The notes beneath the pieces are model-generated. The model saw nothing but the letters and a program-made list of their open reading frames with translations. It ran no database searches and was not told the DNA's origin. Of a DNA stretch of 64,000 bases, positions 1-10,179 are shown one piece after another. The stretch comes from a virus (taxonomy: Duplodnaviria; Caudoviricetes), in IMG/VR virus record IMGVR_UViG_2667527945_000002, positions 17,984 through 81,983 of that record, one strand, 5' to 3'. The translations under genes and the position numbers were made by a program. Position 1 is the stretch's first letter; each line of letters starts with the position of its first letter.

Positions 1-204
1 AACGCTGTTGGCCGTGTTCCAAGTTCGGTCATGGTCAATATCGGGCGCAATGTCGTGCTAAGTGGTTGTGTGATTGAAAGTATGTCAGCTCCTTTAGATG
101 GTCCTCGCAGCCGTGACGGCTACCTAATGAAAGTTGACGTTCAATTAATGATTCAGTCTGAGGCAATGCTAAATCGTTCTCAGATCCCTTCAACATACGG
201 TTAA
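1..204 (+). CDS. pmgG: 3' end of P1 PmgG-like tail/baseplate protein (partial)
   Basis: Frame 1 reads GRVPSSVMVNIGRNVVL...PLDGPRSRDGYLMK, resembling the P1 PmgG C-terminus; precedes bplB as in P1. Confidence 0.7.
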   Translation, partial: NAVGRVPSSVMVNIGRNVVLSGCVIESMSAPLDGPRSRDGYLMKVDVQLMIQSEAMLNRSQIPSTYG

Positions 205-217
205 TTGGAGCTAAACA

Positions 218-718
218 ATGGCTGTACCAAACGCAAAAGGGAACGTCGACTTACTGCGACAATCCCATAAGAAAAACGTCGCACTCGGTGAGCGTGCGGT
301 TGCATCGGATTTTACCGTCATAATCCGAGAGTATCCGGAACTCTCAGCACTTATTCGAACCGCTCAGCTGCCTGAAGAAAAGCGTGGTGAGCCGGTGGAA
401 GATCAAGGTCAATATGGTCAAGGCTTCCGTCAATATGGCGCAACAAAACGTGACGGCGACATGGCGGCTCAAATTGTTGAAATCAAACGTGGTGATGTCC
501 TAAAGACAATTGCCAAGATTGTGGACAACAAAGAGTACGTCAATATTGAAGTTCTTCTAGACGGTGAAGATATCGAGAAAAAGGGGTATCTACTCGAAGA
601 TGTAATGATAGCTGCAGACCCTGCAGATCTAGACACAGAGAATCGCACCGGAACCGTGCGCATTCCTGTTACCTTCCAATACAACTGGTTTGAACGCCTC
701 GGAGGTTATGCAGGATGA
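218..718 (+). CDS. bplB: P1 BplB-like tail tube protein
   Basis: KGN...GERAVASDF...RTAQLPE...YNW motifs match P1 BplB. Confidence 0.85.
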   Translation: MAVPNAKGNVDLLRQSHKKNVALGERAVASDFTVIIREYPELSALIRTAQLPEEKRGEPVEDQGQYGQGFRQYGATKRDGDMAAQIVEIKRGDVLKTIAKIVDNKEYVNIEVLLDGEDIEKKGYLLEDVMIAADPADLDTENRTGTVRIPVTFQYNWFERLGGYAG

Positions 719-1272
719 CGCCAAACGCCCTATTAGAGCGCGTCAAAGGGCAGTTCGTAACCCTTTACCATGACGAGCCAGATAAACTCGAAGCATTGCT
801 TATACAGGCGCTTAACGAGTATCAAGATAGGGCAGGTGTGATCCGGTCAGTTACGCTGACATTGGACCAACAAAAAGCAGGCGGTATTCCGGTACCGCCG
901 CACTTTATGACCGTTGCAACGGCTAATGATGTTGATCAAGTTTGGCATGAGGTTTCATCTTCTGAAGACACGCTAAACATAGTGACAACGGATTACAGTG
1001 TCGCACCGTTCAAGATCCAATATATGGAAGCGATTTGTCAGTACGACTTAGACAACGATGTTCTGCCGGCTCATATCACGGGGATGCTACAAAAGTACCT
1101 CAAAGCCCTTATCGACATTCCGAATACAGAGCGTGAACAATACTCTCGCAGCGCTGCAGGCTTACCTCTTGATGGTATGCCGCAATTGTCTGAGCTGCAC
1201 GAGCGTAAGCGCCAGTTAGAAGATGAAATGGAAGAGTCAGGCAATATGCTAATGCCTTCCATGTTGCTTTAG
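715..1272 (+). CDS. pmgC: P1 PmgC-like head-tail adaptor/morphogenetic protein
   Basis: MTP..LLE.VK..F, YQDRAG and LIDIPNT motifs as in P1 PmgC. Confidence 0.85.
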   Translation: MTPNALLERVKGQFVTLYHDEPDKLEALLIQALNEYQDRAGVIRSVTLTLDQQKAGGIPVPPHFMTVATANDVDQVWHEVSSSEDTLNIVTTDYSVAPFKIQYMEAICQYDLDNDVLPAHITGMLQKYLKALIDIPNTEREQYSRSAAGLPLDGMPQLSELHERKRQLEDEMEESGNMLMPSMLL

Positions 1273-1282
1273 GAGAGCGACC

Positions 1283-1639
1283 ATGCGCCACAATGACGTT
1301 TCAATTGGTACGCCTTTATATTTTTACCAGATCACCCCTGAAGGTCCGCTGGTGGGCGAGTGGCATACTTGCACCATAACAGGGGAGCACGGTCAGGTTT
1401 GGCTTGTTAGCCATGAAAATAAAGTCTATGCCGTTGATAAGGCGACCCTTGTTAGCGAGCGTATTGCTTTTTATGCCCAAAAAGCACCGGAGAACGAACC
1501 TAGAGGTTATTACGTACTTTCAGAATCATTACGTCAGTACTTTATCTCTAATAGACACCGGAAGATGCCGTACCCGTTGATTCGTCAGATCTACGATATG
1601 GTTAACGGCCATGTGGCGGAGACGTCTGATGGCCGCTGA
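1283..1639 (+). CDS. hypothetical protein
   Basis: 118-aa ORF with AGGAG RBS inside the tail operon. Confidence 0.6.
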   Translation: MRHNDVSIGTPLYFYQITPEGPLVGEWHTCTITGEHGQVWLVSHENKVYAVDKATLVSERIAFYAQKAPENEPRGYYVLSESLRQYFISNRHRKMPYPLIRQIYDMVNGHVAETSDGR

Positions 1640-2138
1640 TTTTAATCGTGAAAAAATGCTGGTTAAAAAGCAGGTCCACACACCATTTCAGCATCAATGG
1701 CAGTTTCGCCTTGAAATTGAAGAGCAACCCCTAGACTTCGAAATCTTCATTAAAGATGTGACCTATGGCCCTATTGAGCTGGAATATGAGCCAGTAAAAG
1801 TCGGTGTAAATCAACTGCAGTTCCCAACGGGTGTTATGCCCGTCTCAATATCCATGACAGTACGAGATCATGATGATGAACGCATCCATAAATGGTTTGC
1901 GGAATGGTCCAGTAAAGTTGCCAATGGTGACGGCACAGTCAACCCACCATTAAACCCTGAAACCAAATGGATTAGAGACTGGAATAAGTACACCTTGATC
2001 CACAAGGCCAAAGGGTTTGAGGAAATATTGTCTGAAACCTACCCAGTCGCCCCAGTACAGCTGGGGGATGTCACACAGAGCTACAGCGAACACTCATTTA
2101 AAGAATTTCCGCTGACTGTTATTCAATTTAGGAGTTAA
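1629..2138 (+). CDS. tub: P1 Tub-like tail tube/baseplate protein
   Basis: WQF, KDVTY, MTVRD, DGTVN, GDVT, FKEFPLT motifs as in P1 Tub; ATG at 1629. Confidence 0.85.
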   Translation: MAADFNREKMLVKKQVHTPFQHQWQFRLEIEEQPLDFEIFIKDVTYGPIELEYEPVKVGVNQLQFPTGVMPVSISMTVRDHDDERIHKWFAEWSSKVANGDGTVNPPLNPETKWIRDWNKYTLIHKAKGFEEILSETYPVAPVQLGDVTQSYSEHSFKEFPLTVIQFRS

Positions 2139-2140
2139 GC

Positions 2141-2938
2141 ATGTTTGCACCGTTTTCATTACCCAGTAAGCCTATCCAGCAAGTTCTTATCCGAGAAGCG
2201 AGCACTGCAGAAACACTAGATTTCTGTGATGTGTTACCTGAGCATGAAGAGTCGCTAACAACGAAGTTTCTCAATACGATTCAGGACAAAGAGGCTTTTA
2301 CCAATTGCCTTGATTGGACAGCAGAAGATCGCCGCTTGGCGTTATTCTGGTACTGGATACATACCACCGAAGATACTTATGTCTCTCTGGATTATGACTG
2401 CCCTCATTGTAAACAGACGCACACTCATGAATTTGACATGCGTGACTTAGCGGAGGGGTACGAAGAAATACAGGGACTCGCTAGTCGTGACCTCGAATTT
2501 GAAGGTAGAAAGCTCATCATATCCCCACGAACGGGGAAACACATGGAAGAGCTTGAGAATATGCGCCTTGCTTTAATGATTGAGCAAGAAGGTTCGCCGG
2601 CAGCAGTTCGTAAGCAAGCTGATATCCGCTTTCAAAAGCTCAAGTTTGCCTTACATATGGCGGATGACCACGAAGATAACGCCCGTAGACGGGAGGCTAA
2701 TCTTCATAATTGGCTACGAGAGCTTCCAGAAACAAAATATCAAGCTCTGCAAAACAAAGTGTGTGAGATCCTAGAAAGCATGACACATGGCTTGCCGAGT
2801 AAGATTATGGATGACGGCAAGATTATGTTGCGGTCGCCTAGTCATGTTTGCCCTACCATCAAAGCCAAAGAAAATAAGGAGGTGACAACTGAGTTGTTGC
2901 TTCCCTTTCGGAATTACAGCCGGATTCCGCGAGTATAG
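2141..2938 (+). CDS. pmgB: P1 PmgB-like tail/baseplate assembly chaperone
   Basis: WTAEDRRLALFW, CPHC, C-terminal PFR motif; directly upstream of the tape measure gene. Confidence 0.8.
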   Translation: MFAPFSLPSKPIQQVLIREASTAETLDFCDVLPEHEESLTTKFLNTIQDKEAFTNCLDWTAEDRRLALFWYWIHTTEDTYVSLDYDCPHCKQTHTHEFDMRDLAEGYEEIQGLASRDLEFEGRKLIISPRTGKHMEELENMRLALMIEQEGSPAAVRKQADIRFQKLKFALHMADDHEDNARRREANLHNWLRELPETKYQALQNKVCEILESMTHGLPSKIMDDGKIMLRSPSHVCPTIKAKENKEVTTELLLPFRNYSRIPRV

Positions 2939-3067
2939 CAGTCGTTCTTGGGACGTCATGCTCAATGAGTTGTCCCTTGATGCTGGTCAACCGATTGATA
3001 GCCTGCTTTGCTCCCCTAGAAGCCGTGTTTTGACCATGCATAAACGTTACAGAAAGGCGGGGCAGTC

Positions 3068-5761
3068 GTGACCATTAAAGAAACGCCACAATCAGAAATT
3101 GTTGTCGACCCAAACCAAATGTCACCTGTCGATCAGGTGACAGACAAAACACAACAAGACGAGGATTTACAGCCTAAAATCCTCGCTATTCTTGATAAAA
3201 TCGAGTCCAACACGTCAGCCTTATTACGACGTGAGCCACGGGCTTTAGCTTCCACTTCTCAGGCTGTTCCTGCGGAAAATAACAGCACTAAGTCAGTATT
3301 AAAAACACACCAAATTAATACCAATCAAGTATTAGTTAGCAGCACAAGCAAAACGCAAGTATCTAAGGTTAGTAAGGGCGGAGAGACTTCTCACTCTTCG
3401 CTCCAAGTGGATAAGCAGTCGTCTATTGCTGGTGGCAATGACCGGAGTCACGCAAGTACTGTTTCACAAACCCAATACCGTGAAAAACAATCGGAATTGG
3501 TTCAAGAGAAAAACAGTCAAGCCCACGATGCAACCGTAAGCAATGCCAAATCAGAAAGCCATTTGGTAGCGCAGACTCGTCCTAATGGCTCAACAGGAAG
3601 TCACGCTGAGCAGCCTACAGAGAAGCGAGTATCAACGCCTAGAGTAGCGAAAGCCAATAAAGATACGGCGCAAAGCATTAATGAACCAGCAGCTGTCAAG
3701 CCAAAGGAAGAGAGACAGGAAACACCGCCTCAAGAAGCGCCGACTTCGACAGATGCAGTTAGCTCCAAAAAGCCAGCGTCAAACCGAAATAAGACACGCA
3801 AAAATAAAGCAAACACACCCAATCCAGATCAGGCTAATCATGGTGATAAGTCAACGCCAGATGAAAGTTCATCAACCACGGCCAGCCAGCAAGCGCAACA
3901 GGACCAAAAAGAAAAACGTGATCGCTCAAGCCTATTTAAAACAGTAGGGGATGTATTCAAACGAGCTACAGAAGAACGAGAAGAACTTGAAGCTGGGGAT
4001 ACTGCGACAGATGCCGCTGGTTCTGTTGTGGGTGGTTCACTGTGGGAAGCCGCAAAAGAAGTTAAAGAAGCCGTTGATGACGTAAAAGGTAGTTCGCTTG
4101 GGCAGAAGGTCATTGAAAAGGTAACTGGTAATAAAGAAGATGATGGATCCAGTGACGACTCATCACCTGCAGAGGCGGTTGCCAAAGACAAGCCTAAAGG
4201 TCCTGTCAGGGATGAAAACGGGCGCTTCATCAAGCGTTCTGAAGTCGATACCTCAAACCAAGACGTGCAGAACTCAAAGCAGGTCGTGGTATCAAGTGAG
4301 CAACAGCATGATAGCCAAGAGAATGTCAGGTCTTCTGATACTCGCAATATTGATACCAATACAACACTAGATAAGTATCAACTAAATACTAACAAAAAAC
4401 CAAAAGCCCCCGTTAACTCTAAAGATGATGCAAAAGTAGCGCTCGCATCAACCCACTCTGTCCGAGAAGGTAAGAGCCGAGAAAGCAATAGACACAAAAC
4501 CAGTACTACCTCTGCCAATGTCGTAAAAGAAAGAGAGAAAGTTAAAAGTAATGAAGCTATCGCTGACCGTCTTGATGAGCAAGCTGAACTATCACAAAGT
4601 CAGCACAAAGAGCTTATTAAGACCATAGAGAAAAAAGAGTCCGGTGGTGAGTCTGGTGGATCTCTCATGGATAGCGTGAGCGACCTAACCGATATGTTTG
4701 GGGGCGAAGGCAAAGAGAAAGGTGGTAAGCGAAGAAGAGGTAGAGGGCGAAAAGGCCGACTAGGCTCGTTACTCGACCGATTTAAAGGCAGTAAAGCATC
4801 CGTAGCGAGTCGCAACGCCACTGCTCTTAAATCCGCGCCTACGACCAAGCTTGGACGAGTCGCACAAGGGGTTAAAACGGCCACGGGTTCACTTGCAAAC
4901 ACTGGTGTAGGAAAAGCCGCTGGTGGCGCACTAAAAACGGTAGGCTCTGTCGCTAGTCGCGCAGCCGCGCCTGTTGCTGCTCTCGCAACAGGGTATTTCA
5001 AGTACAACGAAGTCAAAGACAGAGAAGATCTCACAGGCTCACAGAAGGCGGTTCAAGTTGGAGCAACAACCGCTGGCTCCCTTGGTGGTGCCAGTGCTGG
5101 TGCTGCCATGGGCGCCGCAATGGGTTCTGTCGTTCCTGTTGTCGGTACTTTAATAGGCGGGTTACTTGGTGCTGCAGTCGGTGGCTGGTTAGGTGGTAAA
5201 GGTGGAGACATCGTTGGCGAGGCGGTTAGTGACAAAATGGAAGGCACTGACGGTAAGACTCGCGCTGAACGTGAGTTGGAGTCTGCTAAAACAACCCACC
5301 AATCAAAAGAAACGACAACCGAGAACAGCGATAAAACCGAGCTTTCAAAGCAACAGAATGCATCGGTTCAGGCAACAGCAACAGCAAAAGAAAACCAATC
5401 CCAACGAAAAGACAGCTCAACGTCGACTCAAACGGTTCAGGCTTCTGAAGCGTCTGTATTACCAGAGCAGCTAAAAGCAACGCTACCAGAAATCAGCCCG
5501 TCTAAATCAGCTTTAAACAAGGTGAACACCAAAGAAACGCGATCAGAAAAAATAGAGACTGTCGCAAAGATTGATGAAAAGAAACTGGGTAAAGCCATTG
5601 TCGATGCTATGGACAAGTCTAAACAACAAAGCGGTGTTAGTGCGTCCTCATCAGGGCCTCGCTATGCTGCCTCTCAATCGAAAGCCCCTTCGGTACCCGC
5701 ACCGATTAAAACGGAATTCGAAGACAAAACACTTGTGTTGATGGCACATGACAGGATTTAA
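3068..5761 (+). CDS. sit: tape measure protein (P1 Sit position)
   Basis: 897 aa, low complexity, RDENGRF motif, Gly/Ala-rich hydrophobic glycine-zipper segment; synteny with P1. Confidence 0.8.
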   Translation: MTIKETPQSEIVVDPNQMSPVDQVTDKTQQDEDLQPKILAILDKIESNTSALLRREPRALASTSQAVPAENNSTKSVLKTHQINTNQVLVSSTSKTQVSKVSKGGETSHSSLQVDKQSSIAGGNDRSHASTVSQTQYREKQSELVQEKNSQAHDATVSNAKSESHLVAQTRPNGSTGSHAEQPTEKRVSTPRVAKANKDTAQSINEPAAVKPKEERQETPPQEAPTSTDAVSSKKPASNRNKTRKNKANTPNPDQANHGDKSTPDESSSTTASQQAQQDQKEKRDRSSLFKTVGDVFKRATEEREELEAGDTATDAAGSVVGGSLWEAAKEVKEAVDDVKGSSLGQKVIEKVTGNKEDDGSSDDSSPAEAVAKDKPKGPVRDENGRFIKRSEVDTSNQDVQNSKQVVVSSEQQHDSQENVRSSDTRNIDTNTTLDKYQLNTNKKPKAPVNSKDDAKVALASTHSVREGKSRESNRHKTSTTSANVVKEREKVKSNEAIADRLDEQAELSQSQHKELIKTIEKKESGGESGGSLMDSVSDLTDMFGGEGKEKGGKRRRGRGRKGRLGSLLDRFKGSKASVASRNATALKSAPTTKLGRVAQGVKTATGSLANTGVGKAAGGALKTVGSVASRAAAPVAALATGYFKYNEVKDREDLTGSQKAVQVGATTAGSLGGASAGAAMGAAMGSVVPVVGTLIGGLLGAAVGGWLGGKGGDIVGEAVSDKMEGTDGKTRAERELESAKTTHQSKETTTENSDKTELSKQQNASVQATATAKENQSQRKDSSTSTQTVQASEASVLPEQLKATLPEISPSKSALNKVNTKETRSEKIETVAKIDEKKLGKAIVDAMDKSKQQSGVSASSSGPRYAASQSKAPSVPAPIKTEFEDKTLVLMAHDRI

Positions 5762-5763
5762 GA

Positions 5764-6105
5764 ATGGAAGAGCTTAATCACCTACTCAATGTTAACAGTA
5801 CTGGCCTTGCCGTTTCATTTGATGGCAAAGCCCTGAACAACAACATAGAAGAATGGTTTGATAATCCAGAGCATACAATTGCAGATAACCCAGCTTGGGG
5901 CCATAACTTGGCGCCTTTCCAGTTCTGTGCGCAAACAGAAGATGATGCAGTGATGATGGAAATGGCAATCGTGGGAAAGTTACCCCGTGACGTTCAAGGG
6001 GTAGTGATCAAAGGAGTCCGTGTGACTTTTCCTGAGATTGACCTCTGTCGCATTCTCATAAGCCATCAATACGGCCTATTCGATAACAATATTCCACTGA
6101 GGTAG
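5764..6105 (+). CDS. pmgA: PmgA-like (gp25-type) baseplate protein
   Basis: EW...P......P.WG motif; lies between sit and bplA. Confidence 0.75.
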   Translation: MEELNHLLNVNSTGLAVSFDGKALNNNIEEWFDNPEHTIADNPAWGHNLAPFQFCAQTEDDAVMMEMAIVGKLPRDVQGVVIKGVRVTFPEIDLCRILISHQYGLFDNNIPLR

Positions 6106-6108
6106 CCC

Positions 6109-7533
6109 ATGAGCAATCTTGATAACAAGGCAGAAGCACGCGCTTCCTTTACCGACATTATTCGTAAAAAGCCGGTACTTGAGCCATTGGCGGATAGTCA
6201 GGTTATGCAAGGGATCAACACCTTTCAAAATCTCGCTTTGGAATACGCTGTTCACAAATTAGAACGCGCAAGTCAAGAAGGCTACCTGAGTACGGCTTAT
6301 AACCGAGGTTCCATCTTGGCGCTAGCAGAAGATAGGCAGTACTTGCCTCGCAAAGCCGCACCAAGCCGTGGTCAAATTCGGATCCTGAATAAGCAAAACC
6401 GCGACCGTAGCGTTATGGCCTATTTCCCTATCGTTTCAGAAGATCAGGTTTACTACATGGTCAATGAAAGTGTGCGGGTGGCAGCTGGTGGCGAAGTCGT
6501 TGTTGATGGTTGTCAGGTGAAGCGTCATGAATTGTCATTTTTGGTAGAAAAAGAGCAGCCCTTTCTTGAGTTTGAGTTTGGCAGAGAGATCAGTGTTAGC
6601 CTGCATAAATTCAGAGTATTCATTGATATGGGGGATGGGTACGAGGAATGGCAACCAACAAGCCGATTCCGTAACGCTCGCGCTGATAAAGTCTTTGATG
6701 AATTCTATTCTCATACCGATCAGGTTGGGATCCGCTTTGGTAACAATATCTTTGGTCTCATTCCGTCAAAAGACGCCAAGATTAAGGTTGAGCTTTGGCT
6801 AACTGAAGGGGATACAAAGCTGATGCCAAGCCAGCCACTTACCCCTGTCGATGACAATGCCGAAGAAATAGAATTTGAGACCGCTTCTGTCTTTACTGGT
6901 GGTGCGGCCCGTGAAGAAACGGATGAGTTACGCCGTAATGCTTTGTATTACCCGCTCTACGATGACAATCACGTTTGGGATGACGATTACCTCTTCTTCA
7001 TTAAACAGCATTTTCCAGAGGTTATTTGGGGTAATGTGTGGGGGGAGGCCGAACAAGAAAAGATGGACGGAGAGCTGAAGATGGAGAACGTAAATAAAAT
7101 ATTTCTCTGCGTCTACGCGCCTGACAACGCCAATATTGGCAATGAAATTGAAGCGTATATGAAAGAGCATATTCCTCAGTTTAATCGCCGCTACCAGAAC
7201 GTCCCTGTCGAGGCTCATGCATTTACCGCTAAGATTTCGGGCAATATCTTACGAAGCGTGACATTGACCGACGCCAAGAAGCTGATCAGCGATACGCTTT
7301 GGAATAGTTACGGTAAAGATGCGACGAAACGAAAAGCCAAGGCATTAAAGCGCGACTTATACCGCTTAATGAATAACTTAAACATCTTCGAAAGCGAAGA
7401 TGATATTGAGATAGAAGTATTAGGACAAGCAGAGCCAGAAAACCTCAAGCAAATGATATACATCGACCTTGACGCCTCGATGGCAATGCTCGATATAGAT
7501 TTCACTAACAGTGCTAAGTTAAGTATTTATTGA
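6109..7533 (+). CDS. bplA: BplA-like baseplate wedge protein
   Basis: STAYNRGSILALAE, IRFGNNIFGLIP, GGAAREETDELR, VWGEAEQE motifs. Confidence 0.85.
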   Translation: MSNLDNKAEARASFTDIIRKKPVLEPLADSQVMQGINTFQNLALEYAVHKLERASQEGYLSTAYNRGSILALAEDRQYLPRKAAPSRGQIRILNKQNRDRSVMAYFPIVSEDQVYYMVNESVRVAAGGEVVVDGCQVKRHELSFLVEKEQPFLEFEFGREISVSLHKFRVFIDMGDGYEEWQPTSRFRNARADKVFDEFYSHTDQVGIRFGNNIFGLIPSKDAKIKVELWLTEGDTKLMPSQPLTPVDDNAEEIEFETASVFTGGAAREETDELRRNALYYPLYDDNHVWDDDYLFFIKQHFPEVIWGNVWGEAEQEKMDGELKMENVNKIFLCVYAPDNANIGNEIEAYMKEHIPQFNRRYQNVPVEAHAFTAKISGNILRSVTLTDAKKLISDTLWNSYGKDATKRKAKALKRDLYRLMNNLNIFESEDDIEIEVLGQAEPENLKQMIYIDLDASMAMLDIDFTNSAKLSIY

Positions 7534-7644
7534 GTATCAATTAAACCCTAACTAAACACCTATCACTGGTAAAAAATCTTTTTGTCGTGGCGGGTTCTTG
7601 CTTGAGACCGTACCCTCATTCGAGATTTAGAGTGAGGTTTCCCT

Positions 7645-9066
7645 GTGGCTGAAAAATGGTTAGTTGAGCGTCTGACAAAGAGCAAGCAAAGCTCTCCCCA
7701 GTGGGTAGCGCTGGCTGAAGCATTGGAAGAGTACTGGGATACTAATTTTTTTAGCGACCTTCAAACCTTCGAAGACAGCAAAAACATCTTCACAGCCAAT
7801 GACGATCACTTAAACAAAAAGATCGCTGAGTTCGGTGATTACTTTGATACAGCTTTACCTATCGACTCGTCCGGCAAGCGCCTATCTATCTCATGGCAAC
7901 GCGCTAACATCCACGAAAAAGACACCATTGTTCCCTTTGTTAATGCCTTGTGCGTTAACTTTGCCGGCCTTGGTGTAACGTGGGAGCCGTTATACGCAAA
8001 TCAAAGCCAACCATACGCAAAAGATAACCTTTTCACAGAGCAAGAGATCCAACTCAAGCAGTGGGAACTCAATGATTTCTGGATGACGTCTCGTGGGAAG
8101 ATAGCTGTTGATTTAACCCATCTTCATCAACTGGGGATGGCAAAAGAAACCTTTGTTGTAATCGCTCGACGAGAGATTGAACGTTTACGCCCGTCTCACA
8201 TCGTTTATGACGGTGAATACTTCATTCTAACCATTAATTTCAACTATGAACCTTTGGGCTACCACGTTGAGCGACAAACCATAGGAGAGAAAGGCGGTAG
8301 CATGTTCTATCGACTTACTGCTTCTTTTGATGATCGTCCTGCCGATGTTCCTTGGCTTGATGAAAGTCCACTTTATGTTGAGCACCAGCGCGGTACCACA
8401 TCCAGTCAAACTGACTTTGTACTGGGTGGGATGTCATGGTCCTTAGACTTATTTGTTGATATTGGTGGCCGTCGCGTGCCGTTGGCGGGAAAGGAAGGGG
8501 ATGTTTTAGGCGCATTGCAGGAAATATCTAGCATTGAGCGTTATATACCCATTCAACACGGCAATATGCCCATGTCTGGTGCGTCATTGTCTGCAACCCG
8601 CTATCCCTGCATGACTTTCAATATGCATTATCAATTTGACGTAATGCCGGCAGACAGTGTGCCGACAAATGACCCTCTTCACGGTCAAAGTCGGATCACC
8701 GAAAGGCCATCCTTGATGAGTTATCAGTTAGGTGCGGATTGGTCTCTCGACCTTTTTATTACTACGAAGTCCGCCGCGATCCCCGTCTCAGGAAAAGAAG
8801 GGGACAAACTACCACCAATGAAGCAGCACAGTGCTCAACTGCGTTCGTTTCAGGTGCCAGTGAAACCGCATAGCACCACTCAAACCAAACAAACACAGTC
8901 ATTCTGCTCAATAGCCTACAGCGCCAAAGCAGATTGCATAGTTAGAGAGTATCCGTCTCTTCCTTTTGAGTTAAAACAACCAACAGATATAAACCAAAAC
9001 CCGTGGCTGGGGTTTGACGAGATCCCAGCTGACTTTGCACCATTAGACACACCACTTTGGAATTAG
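7645..9066 (+). CDS. P1 gp16-like baseplate/tail protein with internal repeats
   Basis: WL..RLT..KQ.S..W N-terminus, W.PLYA, MTSRG; FDxxPAD x3 and WSLDLF...GKEGD x2 repeats. Confidence 0.75.
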   Translation: MAEKWLVERLTKSKQSSPQWVALAEALEEYWDTNFFSDLQTFEDSKNIFTANDDHLNKKIAEFGDYFDTALPIDSSGKRLSISWQRANIHEKDTIVPFVNALCVNFAGLGVTWEPLYANQSQPYAKDNLFTEQEIQLKQWELNDFWMTSRGKIAVDLTHLHQLGMAKETFVVIARREIERLRPSHIVYDGEYFILTINFNYEPLGYHVERQTIGEKGGSMFYRLTASFDDRPADVPWLDESPLYVEHQRGTTSSQTDFVLGGMSWSLDLFVDIGGRRVPLAGKEGDVLGALQEISSIERYIPIQHGNMPMSGASLSATRYPCMTFNMHYQFDVMPADSVPTNDPLHGQSRITERPSLMSYQLGADWSLDLFITTKSAAIPVSGKEGDKLPPMKQHSAQLRSFQVPVKPHSTTQTKQTQSFCSIAYSAKADCIVREYPSLPFELKQPTDINQNPWLGFDEIPADFAPLDTPLWN

Positions 9067-9070
9067 CGCT

Positions 9071-9508
9071 ATGTCGACAAATCAACCTTGGCAGATTGCA
9101 GAGCTACTGCCCCGTTTTTACGAAAAAAATGCTCTATCAATTGCTGGATTGGCAAAACAATTCAAGATCGTAAAGTTTAAATTCGGTCATGATCCGTTGC
9201 TGGTGGATGACAGCCAAACCCCGCCAGCACTATCCCCGTTCAAACCAGCGGAAAACGACATCAAAAACGTTTTCTATGAAGGCACTATTAACCCTGCAGA
9301 AGATATTGTTTGGGCTAATGGTCGCTTATTGTTTCGCTGTATCATGCCTGAAAACACGCTGTCTGAACCAAAACAATATAGTCAGACGGGCCTTTATGAT
9401 GATGATGGCGATCTGGTGGCTGTCAGTATTGACCTGCCAGATTGGGTAACACCAGAAGAAGGCGTAAATACGCACCCATACGTCAACTTCCCGATCTCTG
9501 GAGAGTAA
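9071..9508 (+). CDS. P1 gpR-like tail fibre/baseplate attachment protein
   Basis: GLYDDDGDLVAV motif typical of tail-fibre N-terminal/collar proteins; synteny. Confidence 0.65.
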   Translation: MSTNQPWQIAELLPRFYEKNALSIAGLAKQFKIVKFKFGHDPLLVDDSQTPPALSPFKPAENDIKNVFYEGTINPAEDIVWANGRLLFRCIMPENTLSEPKQYSQTGLYDDDGDLVAVSIDLPDWVTPEEGVNTHPYVNFPISGE

Positions 9509-9511
9509 TGA

Positions 9512-10069
9512 ATGAACACATACCCACAACAACCGATTGACGATCTGAGAGTTGACACGGCGTGGCGTGAGAATTATTCAGGCGCTTCAATGAACCAAAA
9601 GCTCCATGGTTTGTTACCTAAAGGGGTGTACTCAGGCTTTGCGGTCAAACCAAAAACTGGTCTGACGGTTGAAATATCGGGAGGCAGTGAGCAAAACATT
9701 GCTGTACTGGAAGTTGGTACCTATTCACTGACGGCCAGAATGCCAAACGATGTGCTCAAGCAAGTCACTCTAACTGCCGGCAAAACCCAATACGTTGTTT
9801 TAGAAGCCCAATACGCGATGAATCAAGCATCCACTGTTGGGATCTTCGTGCGTGACGCTGTACCAAGTAACGCCATTATGCTTGCAAAAGTAACACTAGC
9901 GTCTGGGGCGACGTCTGTACCCGTAGACAGTATCGAGCTGGCCCTTCCATCTAAACCCGTTACCGCTGCCGATTATGCCGAACTCGCGGCATACACGATC
10001 GACAACGGACGTCGAACCTTAGAGTTACAAGAAGAAGTCAATCAGCTCAAGAAGCATCTAGGATTGTAA
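9512..10069 (+). CDS. short protein matching the constant N-terminal part of P1 tail fibre S
   Basis: YP..., W/Y.E.Y....N.K..G....G.Y.GF..KP..G motif of the P1 Sc N-terminus; only 185 aa. Confidence 0.65.
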   Translation: MNTYPQQPIDDLRVDTAWRENYSGASMNQKLHGLLPKGVYSGFAVKPKTGLTVEISGGSEQNIAVLEVGTYSLTARMPNDVLKQVTLTAGKTQYVVLEAQYAMNQASTVGIFVRDAVPSNAIMLAKVTLASGATSVPVDSIELALPSKPVTAADYAELAAYTIDNGRRTLELQEEVNQLKKHLGL

Positions 10070-10179
10070 TTATTGCTCCCTCATGTCTTGAGGGAGTAAA
10101 TTTTCCTGTTGATGCGAACCCAATCCCTGCGCTCTACCATCGGACTGTTAACAACACAATCACAGTGTGGAGCGTTCCC

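Noticed and set aside
3681-5480. Alternative-frame and antisense ORFs within sit and other long genes
   Set aside because: Shadow ORFs of low-complexity coding sequence without RBS or motifs
218-10069. Tailocin, T6SS or extracellular contractile injection system
   Set aside because: Portal, protease, terminase, pac, lysis and replicon genes are present with P1 synteny, so this is a phage
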